From: Gammaproteobacteria bacterium
GTDB taxonomy: Bacteria; Pseudomonadota; Gammaproteobacteria; Steroidobacterales; Woeseiaceae
Assembly: GCA_024639825.1 (NCBI GenBank)
Contig: JAHEGH010000002.1
Location: 28,575 to 92,574, forward strand
Reading direction: 5' to 3'
DNA length: 64,000 nucleotides
Shown here piece by piece: positions 32,996-42,440 of this stretch; within the stretch, counting starts at the first letter, position 1, and each line of letters starts with the position of its first letter. The translations under genes and the position numbers were made by a program. The notes under the pieces were generated by a model, which did no database searches, had not been told where the DNA came from, and saw only the letters and a program-made list of their open reading frames with translations.

Positions 32996-34405
32996 TTAGA
33001 GGTTCTTTAAAACCTCGTCGAGCGTCGCCTTCGCATCGCCGAACAACATTCGCGTGTTGTCCTCGAAGAACAGCGGATTTTGCACACCGGCATACCCCGT
33101 CGCCATGCTGCGTTTCAGTACGATCGACACTTTGCCTTTCCAGCACTCAAGAACCGGCATGCCGGCAATCGGGCTGTTCGGATCAGTCAGTGCAGACGGA
33201 TTAACGATGTCGTTCGCGCCGATAACGACCGACACGTCAACTTTCGGGAAATCCTCGTTGATCTCGTCCATCTCGAACACGATGTCGTAAGGCACCTTGG
33301 CCTCCGCCAGCAAGACATTCATGTGGCCAGGCATGCGGCCGGCAACCGGATGAATGCCGAAGCGCACATTGACGCCCTTCTCGCGCAGCGTACGGGTGAT
33401 CTCGAAGACGGTGTGCTGTGCCTGCGCAACGGCCATGCCGTAACCGGGGATAATCATGACCTCCTTCGCGTCCAACAGCAGCTCGGCCGTCTCGAGCGGC
33501 TCGATCGGTACGACTTCGCCCTGGTCTTCGCCGCCTGCGGCTGCCGGCGTACCGCCACCGGTACCAAAGCCACCGGCGATCACGGCCAGGAACTTGCGGT
33601 TCATCGCACGGCACATGATGTAACTCAGGATGGCGCCACTCGAACCAACGAGAGCGCCCGTCACGATGAGCAGGTCGTTGCCAAGCATGAAGCCTGTGGC
33701 CGACGCCGCCCAACCCGAATAACTGTTGAGCATCGAAACAACAACCGGCATATCCGCACCGCCAATCGCCATGACCATATGAATGCCGAACAGAAGCGCG
33801 ATGACGGTCATGATAATAAGCGGTGTCATGCCGGCGCCTGCCGCCGAATCAACCACGAACTGGTAGCCGTACCAGATCGCGCCAAGCAGAAGCAACAGGT
33901 TGAGCCAGTGACGCGCCGGCAAGGCCAGCGGACTGCCGCTGATGCGGCCCGAAAGCTTACCAAAGGCGATGACCGAACCCGAGAAAGTGACCGCACCGAT
34001 GAGGATGCCGAGATAGGTTTCCACATCGTGAATGGTGAGCTCGACCCCAACATAGTGGGCAAGCCTTTCCGGGTCCATGAAGTTGGCGAAGCCAACGGCT
34101 ACCGCGGCCATGCCGACCAGGCTGTGCAGCATCGCAACCAGTTCCGGCATCTGCGTCATCTGGACGCGTCGGGCAGCGACGATACCGACGGTGCCGCCAA
34201 TCAGGAGCGCCACGATCAGGTATCCCATATTCTGCGTGACATCGCCTACCAGCGTCGCAACAAGCGCAATCGCCATGCCGATGATGCCGTACCAGTTGCC
34301 GCGCCTCGCGGTCTCCTGGTTGGACAATCCACCAAGGGCGAGAATGAAAAGAATGGTCGCGATGATGTACGAGACCTGGATAATTCCTTCGTTTACCTCA
34401 AACAT
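32996..34405 (-). CDS. pntB: NAD(P) transhydrogenase subunit beta
   Basis: Multi-pass N-terminal domain and a dIII NADP(H) domain ([14 protein letters not shown]...[18 protein letters not shown]...[10 protein letters not shown]). Start taken at MFEVNEG. Confidence 0.92.
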   Translation of the reverse strand: MFEVNEGIIQVSYIIATILFILALGGLSNQETARRGNWYGIIGMAIALVATLVGDVTQNMGYLIVALLIGGTVGIVAARRVQMTQMPELVAMLHSLVGMAAVAVGFANFMDPERLAHYVGVELTIHDVETYLGILIGAVTFSGSVIAFGKLSGRISGSPLALPARHWLNLLLLLGAIWYGYQFVVDSAAGAGMTPLIIMTVIALLFGIHMVMAIGGADMPVVVSMLNSYSGWAASATGFMLGNDLLIVTGALVGSSGAILSYIMCRAMNRKFLAVIAGGFGTGGGTPAAAGGEDQGEVVPIEPLETAELLLDAKEVMIIPGYGMAVAQAQHTVFEITRTLREKGVNVRFGIHPVAGRMPGHMNVLLAEAKVPYDIVFEMDEINEDFPKVDVSVVIGANDIVNPSALTDPNSPIAGMPVLECWKGKVSIVLKRSMATGYAGVQNPLFFEDNTRMLFGDAKATLDEVLKNL

Positions 34406-34412
34406 CACGACC

Positions 34413-35954
34413 TCACTTCCTGAACATTTCAAGCATGCGGCGAGTGACCGCAAAACCGCCAAATATGTTGACGGAAGTTATTAGCACGGTGCCCACCGCG
34501 ATCCACTTGATGATGGGAACGTCCGAACTGATCTGCATTAGCGCGCCGATCACGATGATGCTCGAAATCGCATTCGTGACACTCATGAGCGGAGTGTGCA
34601 GGGCCGCGGTAACGTTCCAGATAACCATGTAACCGACGAAACAGGCCAGAACAAAGACCGTGAAGTGCGCCATGAACGAAGCGGGCGCAACGGCGCCGAG
34701 CCCGAGCAGCGCGAGACCGGCGGCAGCCATGCCGATGGCCGGACCGACAAAGGATCTGGGTTTTTCTTCCTTCGCCTTGACGGGTTCAGGCGCAGGTGCC
34801 GCTTTTGGCGGTGCCGCCGACAACTTCGGTGCCGGTGGTGGCCACGTTGTCTCGCCATCTTTGCAGACGGTCGTACCACGAATGACCTCATCTTCCATGT
34901 CGACGACGATGTTGCCGTCTTTTTCAGGAGTGAGATCGGTCAACAGGTGGCGCAGGTTAGTCCCGTAAAGCTGGCTCGACTGGGCGGCGAGACGGCTCGG
35001 CAGGTCGGTGTAGCCGATGATCGTCACGCCATCGACCTGTGCAACTTCGCCAGGCACCGTCAACTCGCAATTGCCACCCTGTTCGGCGGCAAGATCGACG
35101 ATAACGCTGCCGTCCTTCATCGAGCGAGCTGTCTCGGCCGTGATCAGTTTAGGAGCCGGCCGGCCTGGAATCAGCGCTGTCGTGATGATGATGTCGACAT
35201 CTTTAGCCTGCTCGGCGAACAGCTCCATTTCGGCCTTGATGAACGCTTCGCTCATCACTTTGGCGTAGCCCCCTTCACCGGCGCCGTCCTCGTCGTCCTC
35301 GAAATCGAGCATCAGGAACTCGGCGTCCATGCTCTCGACCTGCTCTTTGACTTCCGGGCGAGTGTCGAAAGATCGGACAATAGCACCCATGCTCTTGGCT
35401 GCGCCGATGGCGGCAAGGCCGGCAACGCCAGCACCGATGACGAGCACTTTGGCTGGCGGAACCTTGCCCGCAGCCGTTATCTGGCCCGTGAAGAAACGTC
35501 CGAAATGCTGGGCTGCCTCAACAACCGCACGATAACCGGCGATGTTTCCCATCGAACTGAGCGCATCGACCTTCTGTGCACGCGAAATACGGGGCACACT
35601 GTCCATGGCCATGACCGTGGCGCCGGTATCCGTCAGCTGCTTCAGCAGCTCGGGGTTCTGGGCGGGCCAGAGGAAGCTGATCAGGGTCTGGTTGGAACGC
35701 AGCCGCGCGGCTTCGTCACTCTCAGGGGCCCGGACTTTCAGGATGAGATCCGACTTCGACCAGAGATCGCTGGCCGAGTCGATGACTTCACACCCGGCTT
35801 CCCGGTATGCGTCGTCGGAAAAACTGGCTTTCTCACCAGCCCCGGACTCGACAGCTACGTCAAAGCCAAGCTTTTTCAATTGGGTAACTACGTCCGGTGT
35901 TGTCGCAACGCGGCACTCACCGTCGTAGATCTCTTTTGGTACTCCGATTCTCAT
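34413..35954 (-). CDS. pntA: NAD(P) transhydrogenase subunit alpha (dI plus membrane dII part)
   Basis: [20 protein letters not shown], Rossmann motif [17 protein letters not shown] and C-terminal TM helices. Confidence 0.92.
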   Translation of the reverse strand: MRIGVPKEIYDGECRVATTPDVVTQLKKLGFDVAVESGAGEKASFSDDAYREAGCEVIDSASDLWSKSDLILKVRAPESDEAARLRSNQTLISFLWPAQNPELLKQLTDTGATVMAMDSVPRISRAQKVDALSSMGNIAGYRAVVEAAQHFGRFFTGQITAAGKVPPAKVLVIGAGVAGLAAIGAAKSMGAIVRSFDTRPEVKEQVESMDAEFLMLDFEDDEDGAGEGGYAKVMSEAFIKAEMELFAEQAKDVDIIITTALIPGRPAPKLITAETARSMKDGSVIVDLAAEQGGNCELTVPGEVAQVDGVTIIGYTDLPSRLAAQSSQLYGTNLRHLLTDLTPEKDGNIVVDMEDEVIRGTTVCKDGETTWPPPAPKLSAAPPKAAPAPEPVKAKEEKPRSFVGPAIGMAAAGLALLGLGAVAPASFMAHFTVFVLACFVGYMVIWNVTAALHTPLMSVTNAISSIIVIGALMQISSDVPIIKWIAVGTVLITSVNIFGGFAVTRRMLEMFRK

Positions 35955-36014
35955 AAGAACCCCTCCAAATAGACTGCGGCAGTGTATCGGAGCGCCTCCA
36001 TGGGCACAAAGAGT

Positions 36015-36038
36015 AAAGGCCCCCAAGTGGGGGCCTTT
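36015..36038 (-). terminator. Hairpin terminator after the ECF sigma operon
   Basis: AAAGGCCCCC-AAGT-GGGGGCCTTT, a GC-rich stem. On the minus strand it is followed by a TTTACTCTTT tract. Confidence 0.5.
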
Positions 36039-36058
36039 TAATAAGGACTTTCCGTAAC

Positions 36059-36541
36059 CTAGCGGCCGTCTCGTGGACGTGGCGGGGGCCGTTGGTGCAC
36101 GCGGTCACGCAGGCGCTGCCGCTGCTCGGGTGTCATCCGCCGGTAGCGGTCGCGGAGTTTCTGACGGCGATCCTGGTTCATCTGCCGGTAGCGGTGGTAA
36201 TTGCTGCGGATGCGCTCCTGCTCATCGGGGGAGAGGTTGCGAAATGCCTCCGCGCGTTCTCGAATGGCCTCTCGCCGGCTGTCATCGAGCTCGCGCCACG
36301 CCCGGAAACGACCCTGGGCCTGCTGGCGTTGGTCGTTCGTCATATCGGCCCAGCGCTCGGCGCCACGCGCCAGCAATGCCTGGCGTTCCTCGGGGAGACG
36401 GCTCCAGGTATCCGCGAACTGGCCCAGCACCTCGCGCTGTCCCTCGCTCAGCGATTCCCAGCTGACGCCTTGATTGTCAGCAATAGCCGTGCCGAACATC
36501 AGCAGGCAGGCCATTGCGGCGATCCAATTAGCTTTCATCAT
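36059..36541 (-). CDS. DUF3106-like periplasmic protein
   Basis: Signal peptide and repeated W/R-rich helices ([60 protein letters not shown]). Confidence 0.62.
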   Translation of the reverse strand: MMKANWIAAMACLLMFGTAIADNQGVSWESLSEGQREVLGQFADTWSRLPEERQALLARGAERWADMTNDQRQQAQGRFRAWRELDDSRREAIRERAEAFRNLSPDEQERIRSNYHRYRQMNQDRRQKLRDRYRRMTPEQRQRLRDRVHQRPPPRPRDGR

Positions 36542-36767
36542 TCATCTCCGTCGATTCTTCGCCTTCCGGCACGGGATCGCTCCGCTCATCCAGGTCCGTC
36601 ATCTGTATTTGTTCGAGCAGCAGCCAGTCCTCATCTGACTCCTGCCACATGCCGAGATACTCCAGGAAATCGGCATCAGGGGCCGGTTCCTCCTCGGCCA
36701 TTGCGGTGGTGCCGAGGCACAACCCGCAAGCGACCATTACGAGTGTCCGCTCAGCCGACATCGTCAC
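36528..36767 (-). CDS. Hypothetical small acidic exported protein
   Basis: Signal-like LVMVACGLCLGTTAMA followed by an acidic tail. Its reading frame overlaps both neighbouring genes. Confidence 0.35.
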   Translation of the reverse strand: MTMSAERTLVMVACGLCLGTTAMAEEEPAPDADFLEYLGMWQESDEDWLLLEQIQMTDLDERSDPVPEGEESTEMNDES

Positions 36768-37113
36768 CTTCGTCGATCACATCGAGCATGCTGTAAAACT
36801 CAAGCTCCTCGAACATCTCGAGGCTGTCCTCACCAAGCAGGATTTCCATATCAGCAACGGCCGACGGCATAACCTCGACAGGGCCCGGACCCGGCAGGGT
36901 CACCATGACGCCGACCAGCACCGCAGCCGCGACACCGGCGGCCGGAACCCAGCGCAACAGTTCGCCGCGTGGCGACCGCGCCTCTTCCAGTGCGCGATGG
37001 CGGCCCTGGTTCAGGGTCGACAAGGTTGCGGCATCGAGTTCGTCGACCGATGCGTCAAAGAGCGCTTTCGCCTCCCGCGCGATCTGTTCGTCGGACTTTC
37101 TCATCTCATCCAT
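36751..37113 (-). CDS. Putative anti-sigma factor (single-pass, DUF3619-like)
   Basis: Positioned directly after the ECF sigma gene with an 8-nt overlap. It has a cytoplasmic N-terminus, one TM helix (AAGVAAAVLVGVMVTL) and an acidic periplasmic tail. Confidence 0.5.
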   Translation of the reverse strand: MDEMRKSDEQIAREAKALFDASVDELDAATLSTLNQGRHRALEEARSPRGELLRWVPAAGVAAAVLVGVMVTLPGPGPVEVMPSAVADMEILLGEDSLEMFEELEFYSMLDVIDEGDDVG

Positions 37114-37750
37114 CCTCAGACCCCTCAGGTCCGTGTTCTCCCAAAGTCTCCCTGAGCGAGTGTATCGCACGGGAATAGTGCGTCTTGACGCTGCCCTGCG
37201 AACAGCCCATGGCCATCGCAGTCCCCGCAACATCCAGACCCTCAAACGCGCGCAGCATGAACGCCTCACGCTGGCGCGCCGGCAACGCCTGTACGGCCGC
37301 TTCCAGGCTGACCATCGCTTCGCTGTTTTGTAGCTCTTCGTCCGGTGATCGACCGGTCGGGTCGGGTGCGGCTGCCACGACATCGTATTCGTCATCGCCG
37401 CTCGCGCCACGTCCAAACCACACCATGACGCGGTTACGCACGGCCCGGCGGCGGTGCCAGTCACGAACGCCGTTTTGCAGAATCCGGTAAAACAGTGGCG
37501 CCCACTCGTTACTCGGGCGGTCGCCGTACTTGCGGACCAGCTTGATCATCGCGTCCTGCACGAGATCCAGCGCATCATCCCGATTACGCACGCCAATTTC
37601 GGCGATGCGCAGGGCGCGTCGCTCCACCTCGGCCAGAAACCGGTTGAGTTGCTGTTCTTGTTGCAGTGCTCGCGTCCCTGTCGATTGCTCGCTGACCCAC
37701 GATACCGCATATGTTGCGGTTTCGGTGTTCATATCCCTTGACTCCATCAC
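37106..37750 (-). CDS. ECF-type RNA polymerase sigma-70 family factor
   Basis: Region 2 (DALDLVQDAMIKLVRKY...WAPLFYRILQNGVRDWHRRR) and region 4 (LPARQREAFMLRAFEGLDVAGTAMAMGCSQGSVKTHYSRAIHSLR). Start uncertain (37750 or 37732). Confidence 0.85.
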   Translation of the reverse strand: MMESRDMNTETATYAVSWVSEQSTGTRALQQEQQLNRFLAEVERRALRIAEIGVRNRDDALDLVQDAMIKLVRKYGDRPSNEWAPLFYRILQNGVRDWHRRRAVRNRVMVWFGRGASGDDEYDVVAAAPDPTGRSPDEELQNSEAMVSLEAAVQALPARQREAFMLRAFEGLDVAGTAMAMGCSQGSVKTHYSRAIHSLRETLGEHGPEGSEDG

Positions 37751-37826
37751 AAGGTCATCTAAGTTGTCTGTCCTGTTCTAACGCCTGAGAAATGGCCTCG
37801 TTGACATCAGGGGCAGAAGAAATCAG

Positions 37827-40067
37827 GTGCATTATGTTAATTCGGTGAGCAATATCTCAAACAGCCAGCAGCCCGTACTCAAGGTCGCGGTCAACGTGCC
37901 GCTGTCCCGCGAGTTCGATTACCTGCCCCCGACGGGTGCACCGGTGCCGGCACCGGGCTGCCGTGTACTCGTGCAGTTCGGGCCACGGCGCCAGGTGGGC
38001 CTCGTGGTCGGGCACGCGGACGGCTCGGACCTGCCGCACGAGAAGATTCGGCGCTGTATCGAGGTACTGGACGACAAGCCCCTGCTTGGCAAGGACGATC
38101 TGGCTCTTGTCCGATTTACGAGCAACTATTATCACCACCCTGTCGGCGAGGTCGTAGCCGCCGCCATGCCCGCGATCCTGCGGCAAGGCAAGGCTCTGCA
38201 CCCGGTTGTCGAAATGACTGCGATTACCGATCTTGGTGCCGCTGCCGACATAGCGGCCCTTACCAAACGGGCTCCCAGGCAGGCAGAGCTCCTCGAAACC
38301 CTGTGCGATGCTGGCGGTGACGGACTCGATGCAGAGCAGCTGACCGAACTGCTGCCAAACTGGCGCCGTGCAGCCAGGTCGTTGTTCACAAAGGGTCTCA
38401 TCGAGCGTTTCGAGACCCGCTGCGCGGAGTTCGACGAGACGCTCGCACCAGCGGCAACGCCCGGGCCCCAACTTAACGACGACCAGTGTAAGGCGCTCGA
38501 AACGCTGCGAAGCGACCTCAGCGTAGGGGCGTATTTGCTGGAGGGCGTCACCGGCAGCGGCAAGACCGAGGTCTACCTGCAGCGCATGCAGGACATGATC
38601 GAGCAGGGCAAACAGGTGCTCGTACTCGTTCCCGAAATCGGGCTGACGCCCCAGCTCGTTTCACGATTGCGAAAGCGGCTCGGTATCGAGCCGGCATTAT
38701 TGCATTCAGGCCTCACGGATATTGAGCGGCTTGCCGCCTGGCGGGCTGCCCGCTCAGGTGCGGCCCGACTCATTGTGGGTACGCGCTCCGCGATATTCAC
38801 ACCGCTGAAGAAACCGGGACTGATCATCGTCGACGAGGAACACGATCACTCATTCAAACAGCAGGAAGGCCTGCGTTACTCGGCGCGTGACCTCGCGATT
38901 GTGCGCGCCAAGCACCTTGGTGTTCCGGTCATCCTGGGCACCGCAACACCCACCCTTGAGATGCTGCACCATTGTCGCAGCGGCGCTTACAAGCTCATTC
39001 GTTTGCCGCGGCGAGCTGGCGGCGCAAAACCACCGACCCTGCGCCTTATCGATACGACGCGCGCGCCAGCCAGCGACGGACTCAGCGAGCCGCTGATCGA
39101 CGCAATCCGCAGCCACCTGCAGGCGGATGGCCAGGTATTGATATTCCTCAACCGGCGCGGCTTCGCCCCGACCCTGATTTGCTCAAGCTGCGGTCATGTC
39201 GCCGGGTGCGATCGCTGTGACTCGCGCCTGACCGTGCACGCGCGCCAGGGACAGCTGCGGTGCCACCACTGTGGTTTGACGCGCCCACTCACGCCTGCCT
39301 GCAGCGAATGCGGAGAAACGGTCAAGCCCCTGGGAGAGGGGACCGAGCGGCTCGAGGAGGCACTACGCAGCCACTTTCCCGACCGCACCATCATGCGGAT
39401 CGACAGCGACAGCACGCAAAAAAAGGGGGCCATGCTCGATGCCCTCGATCAGGCGAAAGAGGGACAGGCGGAGATTATTGTCGGCACACAAATGCTGTCC
39501 AAGGGGCACCACTTTCCGAAGTTGTCGCTGGTTGGCATCGTCAATGCGGACCAGGGCCTTTTCGGCGCCGACTTCCGCAGCAGTGAACGTATGGCACAGT
39601 CGATCGTGCAGGTCGCTGGCCGGGCCGGGAGGGAGCTCCGGGCTGGAGAGGTTCTGATCCAGACCGCGTTTCCGGAACACGCTTTCTGGTCGACGCTGAT
39701 CAACGGCGGTTATGAGCGCGTCGCTGAGGAAGCGCTTGCTGAACGCGAGGCCACACACTGGCCGCCCTATACGCGCCTTGCCCTGATTCGTGCGGCTGCC
39801 CACCGGCGGGACGACGCGATCCGCTTTCTTGAGATCGCGCAACGCTCATTGCAGCAACATTGCGGCGACCAGCTGCGTGTTCTCGGCCCCGTCGATGCGC
39901 CCATGGCACGCAGGGCCGGACGACATCGCGCACAGCTGTTGCTGCAATCTACCGATCGCCGAACCTTGCACGTCTTGCTGCGCGAGCTCCGATTACTCCT
40001 CGAACAGGAGCCAGCTGCTCGCAAGGTTCGCTGGTCAATCGACGTGGACCCGATCGAATTGTTCTGA
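37827..40067 (+). CDS. priA: Primosomal protein N' (replication restart helicase PriA)
   Basis: Walker A (GVTGSGKTEVY), DEEH box (IIVDEEHD) and a Cys-rich zinc region (CSSCGHVAGCDRCDSRLTVH...CHHCG...CSECG). The exact start (GTG 37827 or GTG 37845) is uncertain. Confidence 0.92.
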   Translation: MHYVNSVSNISNSQQPVLKVAVNVPLSREFDYLPPTGAPVPAPGCRVLVQFGPRRQVGLVVGHADGSDLPHEKIRRCIEVLDDKPLLGKDDLALVRFTSNYYHHPVGEVVAAAMPAILRQGKALHPVVEMTAITDLGAAADIAALTKRAPRQAELLETLCDAGGDGLDAEQLTELLPNWRRAARSLFTKGLIERFETRCAEFDETLAPAATPGPQLNDDQCKALETLRSDLSVGAYLLEGVTGSGKTEVYLQRMQDMIEQGKQVLVLVPEIGLTPQLVSRLRKRLGIEPALLHSGLTDIERLAAWRAARSGAARLIVGTRSAIFTPLKKPGLIIVDEEHDHSFKQQEGLRYSARDLAIVRAKHLGVPVILGTATPTLEMLHHCRSGAYKLIRLPRRAGGAKPPTLRLIDTTRAPASDGLSEPLIDAIRSHLQADGQVLIFLNRRGFAPTLICSSCGHVAGCDRCDSRLTVHARQGQLRCHHCGLTRPLTPACSECGETVKPLGEGTERLEEALRSHFPDRTIMRIDSDSTQKKGAMLDALDQAKEGQAEIIVGTQMLSKGHHFPKLSLVGIVNADQGLFGADFRSSERMAQSIVQVAGRAGRELRAGEVLIQTAFPEHAFWSTLINGGYERVAEEALAEREATHWPPYTRLALIRAAAHRRDDAIRFLEIAQRSLQQHCGDQLRVLGPVDAPMARRAGRHRAQLLLQSTDRRTLHVLLRELRLLLEQEPAARKVRWSIDVDPIELF

Positions 40068-40071
40068 TTCA

Positions 40072-41829
40072 ATGCGCGCCATGAAACATATCGTCGCCGA
40101 ACTTGTACAAACCGCCCTGTCTGGCCTGCCGGAGCTCTCTGAGGCCGCTGCCGATCTTGCGATCGAAGGCACCGTGGAGCGCACGCGTGACGCCAGTCAC
40201 GGAGACTTCGCCAGCAACGTCGCGATGCGCCTGGCAAAGCCTGCCCGCAAGAGCCCGCGCGACGTTGCTGCCGCTATTGTGGAGGCGCTGGGCGATAGCC
40301 CGGCCGTGGACAAGATCGAGATCGCTGGCCCGGGGTTCATCAACTTCTACCTGAGCCCCGCCGCCTTTCATGCCGAACTCGAGGCCATTCTGACTGCCGG
40401 TGAGCACTACGGTCGGCAGGCGCCAAAAGAACACCCGAGGATACTCCTCGAATTTGTATCGGCTAATCCAACCGGACCGCTGCATGTCGGGCATGGACGC
40501 GGTGCGTCCTACGGCGCCACGGTAGGCAATCTTCTCGAGGCCGTCGGCTACCCCGTGCACCGGGAATACTACGTCAACGATGCTGGCCGCCAGATGGATA
40601 TTCTCGGCGCCAGCGTCTGGCTGCGCTGGCTTGAAGCGAACGGAGTCGACGTCGATTTTCCACGGGGCGGTTACCGCGGCGAGTACATTCGCGAAATTGC
40701 GGCGGCCATCGATACGAGCGGCATCGAGCCGGTTTCGGCCGACGCTGTGTCAGAGGGGCTACCGGAAAACACCGACGAGAATGCCGACGCCTACGTCGAC
40801 GCCCTCGTTGCACGCTGCAAGGAACTGCATGGCGAAGACGGCTTCGACAGGATGCGCCAGCAGGCTCTCGAATCGATTCGCGATGAAATTCGTGACGACC
40901 TCGAGGAGTTCGGCGTGCATTTCGACGAGTGGTTCTCCGAGCAAAGCCTGACAAAGGCCAATCGTGTCGACGATGCACTCGCTGTACTCGAAGAGCGCGG
41001 CATGCTGTACAAGAAAGATGGCGCTACCTGGTTTCCGGCCACGCAGTTCGGTGATGAAAAAGATCGCGTCGTCGTACGTGACAACGGCGTCAAAACCTAC
41101 TTTGCCTCGGACATCGCCTACCACTTTGACAAACGCGAGCGTGGCTACGATCACTTGATCGACATACTTGGCGCAGACCACCACGGCTATGTCACTCGTG
41201 TGCGCGCGGGGCTCGAGGCGATGGGTTACGAGGCGGACGACCTTGAGGTCAAACTTGTGCAGTTCGTGACACTCTATCGCGGCGGGGAGCGGATGCAGAT
41301 GTCCACGCGTTCGGGCCAGTTCGACACACTGCGCCAGCTGCGCAACGAGGTCGGCAACGACGCGGCGCGCTTCTACTACGTGATGCGTTCAAACGACCAG
41401 CACCTGGATTTCGACCTCGACATTGCGACCTCGCAGTCAAACGACAATCCGGTGTACTACATTCAGTATGCACATGCGCGCGTTGCGAGCGTCTTTCGCC
41501 AGCTCGACGAAAAGTCGCTGCAGTGGAACGAGGCGAACGGTCGCGACCGATTGAGCCTGCTTATAGAGCCGCAGGAAAAAGCGCTCATGACGACATTGAG
41601 CCGCTATCCCGAGGTCGTTGAACTCGCTGCGAACAATCGAGCGCCACAACATCTGGTGCATTACCTGCGCGATCTTGCGAACGATTTTCACACCTATTAC
41701 AACGCGCACGCATTTATCGTTGACGATGTGGCGTTGCGCGACGCTCGCCTCTACCTGATCTGTGCAACTCGCAATGTCGTTGCCAATGGCCTTCGCATCC
41801 TTGGCGTCTCGGCGCCTGAGAAAATGTAA
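40072..41829 (+). CDS. argS: Arginine--tRNA ligase
   Basis: HIGH-type motif (NPTGPLHVGHGRG), DALAVLEERGMLY and the C-terminal anticodon-binding DALR domain. Start at 40072 or 40081. Confidence 0.92.
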   Translation: MRAMKHIVAELVQTALSGLPELSEAAADLAIEGTVERTRDASHGDFASNVAMRLAKPARKSPRDVAAAIVEALGDSPAVDKIEIAGPGFINFYLSPAAFHAELEAILTAGEHYGRQAPKEHPRILLEFVSANPTGPLHVGHGRGASYGATVGNLLEAVGYPVHREYYVNDAGRQMDILGASVWLRWLEANGVDVDFPRGGYRGEYIREIAAAIDTSGIEPVSADAVSEGLPENTDENADAYVDALVARCKELHGEDGFDRMRQQALESIRDEIRDDLEEFGVHFDEWFSEQSLTKANRVDDALAVLEERGMLYKKDGATWFPATQFGDEKDRVVVRDNGVKTYFASDIAYHFDKRERGYDHLIDILGADHHGYVTRVRAGLEAMGYEADDLEVKLVQFVTLYRGGERMQMSTRSGQFDTLRQLRNEVGNDAARFYYVMRSNDQHLDFDLDIATSQSNDNPVYYIQYAHARVASVFRQLDEKSLQWNEANGRDRLSLLIEPQEKALMTTLSRYPEVVELAANNRAPQHLVHYLRDLANDFHTYYNAHAFIVDDVALRDARLYLICATRNVVANGLRILGVSAPEKM

Positions 41830-42440
41830 TGGCGCAGAGGAAAAAGAAGCGCCGTTCGACGCGCACGCCCGCCAAGTCGGGAACATCGCCCGTCGTTTCC
41901 ATGTTGTTCGGTCTCGCTGTCGGCCTGTCGGTTGCCGTCGCCGTGTACGTCAAGGACCGTCGCCCGGAACCTTTGGGAAGGCCTTCCGGCCCGGCTCCCG
42001 CAATGGCCGAAACCGCCCCCACACCTGCGAGCATGCGAGACGTGCTCGATGATAACGGTGAGTCCAAGGGAGGCTCCTCAGGCCCGAGCGAAGAAAAAGA
42101 AAAGCGCTTCACCTTCTACGACATCCTGCCAAATGTCGAAATCGTTACGCCTGAGGAAGCGCCCGAGACCCAAACAGATGCGGCACCACAGGCTGTAATC
42201 GAACCTGGCCTCTACGTTCTGCAGGCCGGCTCATTCTCGACTAACGCCGATGCCGATCGCCGCCGCGCTGAACTTGCGTTGCACGGTATCGAATCAATCA
42301 CCCAGCGCGTCAAGGTCAATGACCGTAATTACCACCGCGTGTACATTGGTCCGACCGACGATCTTGATGAACTGAATATGCTGCGCAGCCGTCTGCGTGC
42401 AGCCAAGATAGACGTTCTCCGAATTCGACTCAGTGATTAG
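41829..42440 (+). CDS. SPOR domain-containing cell-division-type protein
   Basis: N-terminal basic segment plus a TM helix, a disordered linker and a C-terminal SPOR domain (YVLQAGSFSTNADADRRRAELALHGI...YHRVYIGP). TAATG overlap with the argS stop. Confidence 0.8.
   Translation: MAQRKKKRRSTRTPAKSGTSPVVSMLFGLAVGLSVAVAVYVKDRRPEPLGRPSGPAPAMAETAPTPASMRDVLDDNGESKGGSSGPSEEKEKRFTFYDILPNVEIVTPEEAPETQTDAAPQAVIEPGLYVLQAGSFSTNADADRRRAELALHGIESITQRVKVNDRNYHRVYIGPTDDLDELNMLRSRLRAAKIDVLRIRLSD
41966..42022 (+). repeat. Degenerate copy of the REP-like element, read in frame within the SPOR gene linker
   Basis: GGAACCTTTGGGAAGGCCTTCCGGCCCG matches 42555-42582 at 25 of 28 positions. The right end (GGCCGAAACCGCCCCCAC) resembles GGCTGAAGCCGCTCCCAC. 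Confidence 0.4.

Noticed and set aside
33080-35972. Very long plus-strand ORFs (447 aa and 458 aa) antisense to pntB and pntA.
   Set aside because: Their translations are Arg/His/Asp-rich with no domain-like motifs, while the opposite strand encodes unmistakable PntB and PntA. Long shadow ORFs are expected in GC-rich coding DNA.
37751-37826. Search for an autoregulated ECF-type promoter (GGAAC-N16-17-CGTCT-like) upstream of the sigma gene.
   Set aside because: Only weak partial matches were found (AGAAC ... TGAC, GTCAAC ... GTTAGA). That is not enough to annotate a promoter.
39790-40071. Upstream extension of the argS ORF overlapping the priA 3' end.
   Set aside because: PriA homology continues to its stop at 40067, and the ArgRS N-terminus begins at 40072 or 40081.
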